DNA of 64,000 nucleotides, from contig CAVSOU010000008.1 of assembly GCA_963729625.1 (NCBI GenBank), forward strand, positions 96,001 to 160,000, given 5' to 3'. The translations under genes and the position numbers were made by a program. How positions within the stretch are numbered: position 1 is the first letter of the stretch; each line of letters opens with the position of its first letter. The notes beneath the pieces are model-generated. The model saw only the letters and a program-made list of their open reading frames with translations, made no database searches and was not told the origin of the DNA. This DNA is from an uncultured bacterium. Its GTDB lineage: Bacteria; Chloroflexota; UBA5177; JANWHV01. Shown here in pieces: positions 59,928 to 64,000 of this stretch.

Positions 59928-60398
59928 GTGTCTCTGGCGGATCTGGACAAGGCGTTGGCCGGCTGCACCCGAATCCTGCTTGACAGCAGCTCGCTTATCG
60001 CTTACCACTCGCCGGCAGAAGATGTACATCACCTCGCGCGACACTTACTGGGGCGTATCGAAGACGATCAGGACCCACTGTGCGCGTACTGCTCCGTTAT
60101 AACTGCGATGGAGTTGCTGGTGCGACCGATCAAGGCCGGCAGCCATGCGTTGACGTTTATGCACACGTTTCTCAGTGCGTACCCACACCTCACATTGCTG
60201 CCGATAGACCTCCAGGTAGCGACACAGGCAGCCACGGTGCGCGCCATTACGAATCTGAAGAGCCCTGACTGTCTCATCATCGCCAGCGGGCTGCTCGCGA
60301 ACTGCGACGCTATTGTGTTCAACGACGGCGTATGGGGAGCTCGCCTCCGGCCGCATTTCAAGCAGTTTCGATGGATCTGCCTGACCGAGTATATGTGA
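59928..60398 (+). CDS. PIN-domain (VapC-like) toxin
   Basis: LLDSSSLI, SVITAMELLV, LKSPDCLIIAS, FND acidic tetrad pattern. Confidence 0.88.
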   Translation: MSLADLDKALAGCTRILLDSSSLIAYHSPAEDVHHLARHLLGRIEDDQDPLCAYCSVITAMELLVRPIKAGSHALTFMHTFLSAYPHLTLLPIDLQVATQAATVRAITNLKSPDCLIIASGLLANCDAIVFNDGVWGARLRPHFKQFRWICLTEYM

Positions 60399-60494
60399 CT
60401 CGGCAGCGTGGTTACGTTTTCCACGGCCGGCGAATCCGATCTTGAACACCGGCCGTGCGGAGTGCCTGCGCACGGATTACAGCGACGGATCCGC

Positions 60495-61247
60495 TCAGCT
60501 CCAGCGGATCCGCACCATCTCTCGCCACAGGTCGAGGAGTGCTGTATCTCCGCGTACCTCGAGGCCGTGGTACGTGCGGCGATTCCATAGCAGGAGGTGG
60601 AGGTCGGATGCCGTGGCCCGCACCGCACAGTCGGCCGCGGCGGCCTCCAGCGTAACTTCCACGCCCTCCGGACGGATGCCGACCAGCCAATCGCGTTCGA
60701 CGTCTACCGCTTGCAAGCCGATGGTTCTTGGCAATTCGGCGCGCAGCCGGCCGCCGGGCCGGCTGGCGAAGCCAAGCAGCAGCTCATCCACGCCATCGGC
60801 AGCGAAGTCGGGCGGAAACGGCGTGATGCTGCCGGTCACGCACTCCATGTCGGCACGATGGATGCCGGTTTCGTGCGCCTGGCGGCGGGCCCAAAACGCA
60901 AGCGGCGACGGCGCGGGGAGAAACGACCAGCAGGCGAGATCCGGGGGCGCGCTCTCAAGCACGTGCACGAGCGCGGCGTGACCGGCACGAAACCACTCAA
61001 TCAGGCCTGAGTCCGCCGGTGCGCTGTCGAAGAATGCACTCTCCGTCGCCCCGTCTGGCGGCACCGTCAGGCGACCGGCGACGGACGCGGCGGCCCAGCG
61101 ATGGACGCCGCCGATGTGCCGGACGAGGTCCCGCATGCGCCAATCCGGACACGATGGAACGGGCGCCGCGAAGCCGGTACGTTCGGCGACCGCGGCAAGG
61201 AGGCTGCCTTCACGGCGCAGAGCGGCGATGTGTCTCTTGATTTCCAT
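60495..61247 (-). CDS. Maleylpyruvate isomerase family (MDMPI/DinB-like) protein
   Basis: VPSCPDW.MRDLVRHIGGVHRWA, FWARRQAHETGIHRAD, AADGVDELL. Confidence 0.9.
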   Translation of the reverse strand: MEIKRHIAALRREGSLLAAVAERTGFAAPVPSCPDWRMRDLVRHIGGVHRWAAASVAGRLTVPPDGATESAFFDSAPADSGLIEWFRAGHAALVHVLESAPPDLACWSFLPAPSPLAFWARRQAHETGIHRADMECVTGSITPFPPDFAADGVDELLLGFASRPGGRLRAELPRTIGLQAVDVERDWLVGIRPEGVEVTLEAAAADCAVRATASDLHLLLWNRRTYHGLEVRGDTALLDLWREMVRIRWS

Positions 61248-61524
61248 CGAGCGGGCTCGTCCTTACGCTTCAAAGTGGCGTCCGTTGGTGGGTCAGGGGC
61301 GCCCTGGCGTTGCACGTCCCTCACTGCACGATAAACGATATGCAGGTCGCGTCAACCATCCGGTCCGGATAACTCTGCTTTCATCTGGCGAGACTATCGT
61401 TTGCAGCAAACCTTCCCCATGCAGCCCGCCCGAATGTCCACACTCGCCGTGCGCTGCCCTCACAGCGCAATGCCAGGCCTGGGCTGAAACACATGGAGTC
61501 GCCGGAGCACAATGCTGTAGCGGG

Positions 61525-62295
61525 TCAGGATGGCGCAGCGGCCCTATCCGCCGCTATCAGCGTGCGCAGCGCGCCCACCGCGGTCTGAGTGAGCACGTTC
61601 AGGTAGGTACCGGCGGTGTTCGCGGTTGCGATGGCGCCTTCGCCCACGGTATTTACCACGAGCAGGATGGTCCCGGCACGGAGGCCACGGATGCTGCTGA
61701 TCACGAAGAGCGTTGCCGCTTCCATATCGGCGCACAGGACGCGCGCTTCCGACCACATGCGGGCAGCGCTGCCGCCCGCCAGGGCATGAAGCGGGATGCT
61801 GTGCGGCGCAAGGTCGGCGTAGAGCGCGTCGCCGGAGCGGACTATACCCATGTATGCATGGGCGCCCAATGAGCGTGCGCTGTGCTGCAATGCCACGACG
61901 ACATCCAGATGCGCCACTGCCGGGTAGCTCAATGGAATGTACTGGCTGCCGGTGCCCTCGTCGCGCACCGCCGCCTGCGCGATGACCAGGTCGCCGTTGC
62001 GCAGGTAGTTCTGCATGGCGCCGCTCGTCCCCACGCGGATGAACGCGTCGGCCCCGATGGCCGCCAGCTCCTCAACGGCGATCGCCGTCGAGGGCCCGCC
62101 GATGCCCGTTGAGGTGACCGAAACCCGCTCACCGTCGAGTGAGCCGGTGTACGTGGTGAACTCACGATTCTGTGCCACCAACCGCGCGTCGTCAAAGTGC
62201 TCCGCAATGAGCGCGCAGCGCCCAGGATCGCCCGGCAACAGCACGTACCGCCCGACGTCTCCGGACTTGCAACGGATGTGGTGCTGATCGCTCAC
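61525..62295 (-). CDS. udp: Uridine phosphorylase-like nucleoside phosphorylase
   Basis: VLLPGDPGR, NREF, STGIGGPSTAIAVEEL, IRVGTSGA, DMEAATLF. Confidence 0.85.
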   Translation of the reverse strand: MSDQHHIRCKSGDVGRYVLLPGDPGRCALIAEHFDDARLVAQNREFTTYTGSLDGERVSVTSTGIGGPSTAIAVEELAAIGADAFIRVGTSGAMQNYLRNGDLVIAQAAVRDEGTGSQYIPLSYPAVAHLDVVVALQHSARSLGAHAYMGIVRSGDALYADLAPHSIPLHALAGGSAARMWSEARVLCADMEAATLFVISSIRGLRAGTILLVVNTVGEGAIATANTAGTYLNVLTQTAVGALRTLIAADRAAAPS

Positions 62296-62466
62296 TCCTC
62301 GGCTCCCTCGCACTCGACGCGGCAGGCGCACCTGCCGGTGAATCACCTGTTCCATTTCTGGGTGTACGGTACCGGCCGGGCATGATCGACTGCAAGGCAC
62401 GATGTGGCCCAGGAGATCATCGCCGGAGGCCGAGATCCTGTACCTTCATGATGGAGGAAGGATTCT

Positions 62467-62763
62467 ATGATTACCGCCATTCTGCTTTGTTCGGTCGATC
62501 GGCAGCGCATACCCGAAACAGCGCAGAAGCTGGTCGATATCCCGGAAGTCTCTGAGGTGTATTCGGTGGCAGGTGACTACGATCTGGTAGCGATCGTGCG
62601 TGTCCGCCACCACGACGACCTCGCCGACGTCGTGACCGCGAAGCTCGCCAAGCTGGAAGCCATAACACGGACCAACACGCTGATCGCCTTCAAGACTTTC
62701 TCCACCCACGATCTCGAGAGGCTCTTCTCTATCGGTAGTGAGGAGGTTGGCGGCTCGCGGTAG
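62467..62763 (+). CDS. Lrp/AsnC ligand-binding domain protein (no HTH)
   Basis: EVYSVAGDYDLVAIVRV, TNTLIAF. Confidence 0.88.
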   Translation: MITAILLCSVDRQRIPETAQKLVDIPEVSEVYSVAGDYDLVAIVRVRHHDDLADVVTAKLAKLEAITRTNTLIAFKTFSTHDLERLFSIGSEEVGGSR

Positions 62764-62779
62764 CGGGGTCGTCCTGTCT

Positions 62780-62935
62780 ATGACAAGTCGCCGGTCGCGC
62801 GCACGCCAGCAACGAATCATGACCATTGTCACGCTTGTCGTGCTGTTGACCATGATCCTTGGTACAGGGGTGCTTATCTTCTCCAGTTCGATCAACCAGT
62901 CGCCCTCATCGAACACTACCGGCCAGAGCTTGTAG
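62780..62935 (+). CDS. Small single-pass membrane protein (51 aa)
   Basis: Basic N-terminus (RRSRARQQR) followed by a TM helix; fills the gap between the Lrp-domain gene and folC. Confidence 0.55.
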   Translation: MTSRRSRARQQRIMTIVTLVVLLTMILGTGVLIFSSSINQSPSSNTTGQSL

Positions 62936-62963
62936 CCGCGATGCGGGACGAGCGGCGACGCGC

Positions 62964-64000
62964 ATGACCGTACTGCTATCCGACTATCATGCCACCATCC
63001 GATACCTCGAGGACCTAACCTCGCGACCGATACTTCCGCGCGAACAGGTGGGATTGGTCCGCGTCGAGACGCTGCTGGCGGCGATCGGTCACCCCGAACG
63101 CGCGTTCAGCGCCGTCCAGGTAGCCGGCACTACCGGGAAGGGCTCTACCACGACGATGACGGCGACCATCTTGCGCGAAGCCGGTTACCGTACCGGCTCG
63201 TTTGTGTCGCCGCACCTGCAGAGTTATCGTGAGAGAATCACGGTCGACGGCACGCCGATCGACGAGGTTGCGTGGGTTCGCCTGCTCAACGTGCTATTAC
63301 CTGTTCTCGAACGAATGGAAGAGAACGCGCTGCCCGGGTACAACGGCGGCCGTGCGGCTTTTCTCGACGTTCTGTGGGCGATGGCCTGCCTGGCGTTCGT
63401 GGAGCGCGGCGTACAGTACGCCGTTATCGAGACGGGACTCGGAGGCAGACTGGATCCGACGACTGCCAACGGTGCGGGGGTCGCGGTGATCACGAACGTG
63501 AGTCTCGACCACGTGGAGCGGCTTGGACATTCGGTTGAACAGATCGCGGCTGAAAAGGCAGGCCTGATCAAGCGCGGCCAATGTGTGGTCAGCGCCGCCG
63601 TCGATCCCGCTCTTGGCGTGGTACGGGCCGCGTGCGAGCGGCAGCAGGCTGAGCTGTGGAGTGTCGGCGAGCACGGCGTCGTGAAGATCGTGCCAAATGG
63701 CCCGCATCCGAATGCCCGGTTTACGGTGCTGACTCCCGTACGGCGTCACGCCGATCTGCATTCCGGACTGCTGGGCGTGCACCAGCGCGCCAATGCAGCC
63801 TGCGCGGTCGGGGCAATCGACGCCCTGGTGGCGAAGCTCGGTGTCGCCGTTCCGCCTGAGGCGGTATCGAACGGTCTGGCGATGGCGCGTATGCCCGGAC
63901 GTCTGGAGCTGCTCGGGGAGCGGCCTCAAGTGCTGCTCGACGGCGCGCATAACGCGGCCGGTGCGCTGGCGCTGGCCGATGCACTGCAAGGCCTCTTTGG
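62964..64000 (+). CDS. folC: Folylpolyglutamate synthase/dihydrofolate synthase, runs off the window end
   Basis: Manual translation: VAGTTGKGST, SPHLQSYRERI, ETGLGGRLDPT, LDHVERLG..EKAGLIK, PGRLE, LDGAHN. Confidence 0.93.
   Translation, partial: MTVLLSDYHATIRYLEDLTSRPILPREQVGLVRVETLLAAIGHPERAFSAVQVAGTTGKGSTTTMTATILREAGYRTGSFVSPHLQSYRERITVDGTPIDEVAWVRLLNVLLPVLERMEENALPGYNGGRAAFLDVLWAMACLAFVERGVQYAVIETGLGGRLDPTTANGAGVAVITNVSLDHVERLGHSVEQIAAEKAGLIKRGQCVVSAAVDPALGVVRAACERQQAELWSVGEHGVVKIVPNGPHPNARFTVLTPVRRHADLHSGLLGVHQRANAACAVGAIDALVAKLGVAVPPEAVSNGLAMARMPGRLELLGERPQVLLDGAHNAAGALALADALQGLF

Overview
High-GC bacterial window whose gene content suggests a monoderm soil lineage (Chloroflexota- or Actinomycetota-like; this is inference). 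Several single-base frameshifts fall in otherwise intact genes and are probably long-read assembly errors. Layout: (1) 1-11.3 kb, a LacI-controlled sugar ABC importer with a GH127/146-type hydrolase and two GH31 hydrolases; (2) 11.3-16.5 kb, an mntR-mntH-USP operon with a clear promoter and operator, then ribokinase and a GNAT; (3) 16.5-28.4 kb, a catabolic-looking cluster with a split ABC importer, two paralogous AraC regulators sharing a thrice-repeated upstream motif, a CocE/NonD hydrolase, a tandem ferritin-like protein, a UroD/MtaA-family protein and a P450; (4) 28.6-48.7 kb, an accessory block that begins with a PemIK-like TA pair and holds four giant co-oriented genes: an unassignable two-gene operon (~1696 aa with a Tat-like signal plus ~1350 aa without a signal), a ~1920-aa mosaic (WapA/Rhs-like N-module, DNRLRE, GH-A, RCC1, DUF2341-like) and a 21-blade Cys-paired beta-propeller protein; (5) 49-64 kb, mixed metabolic and housekeeping genes including a nucleotide-sugar dehydrogenase, a vapBC-type TA pair, a nucleoside phosphorylase and folC. 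No rRNA, tRNA, CRISPR array, integrase or intact transposase was seen. The best candidate for an undescribed system is the giant two-gene operon at 29872-39041, together with its neighbouring giant exoprotein genes.
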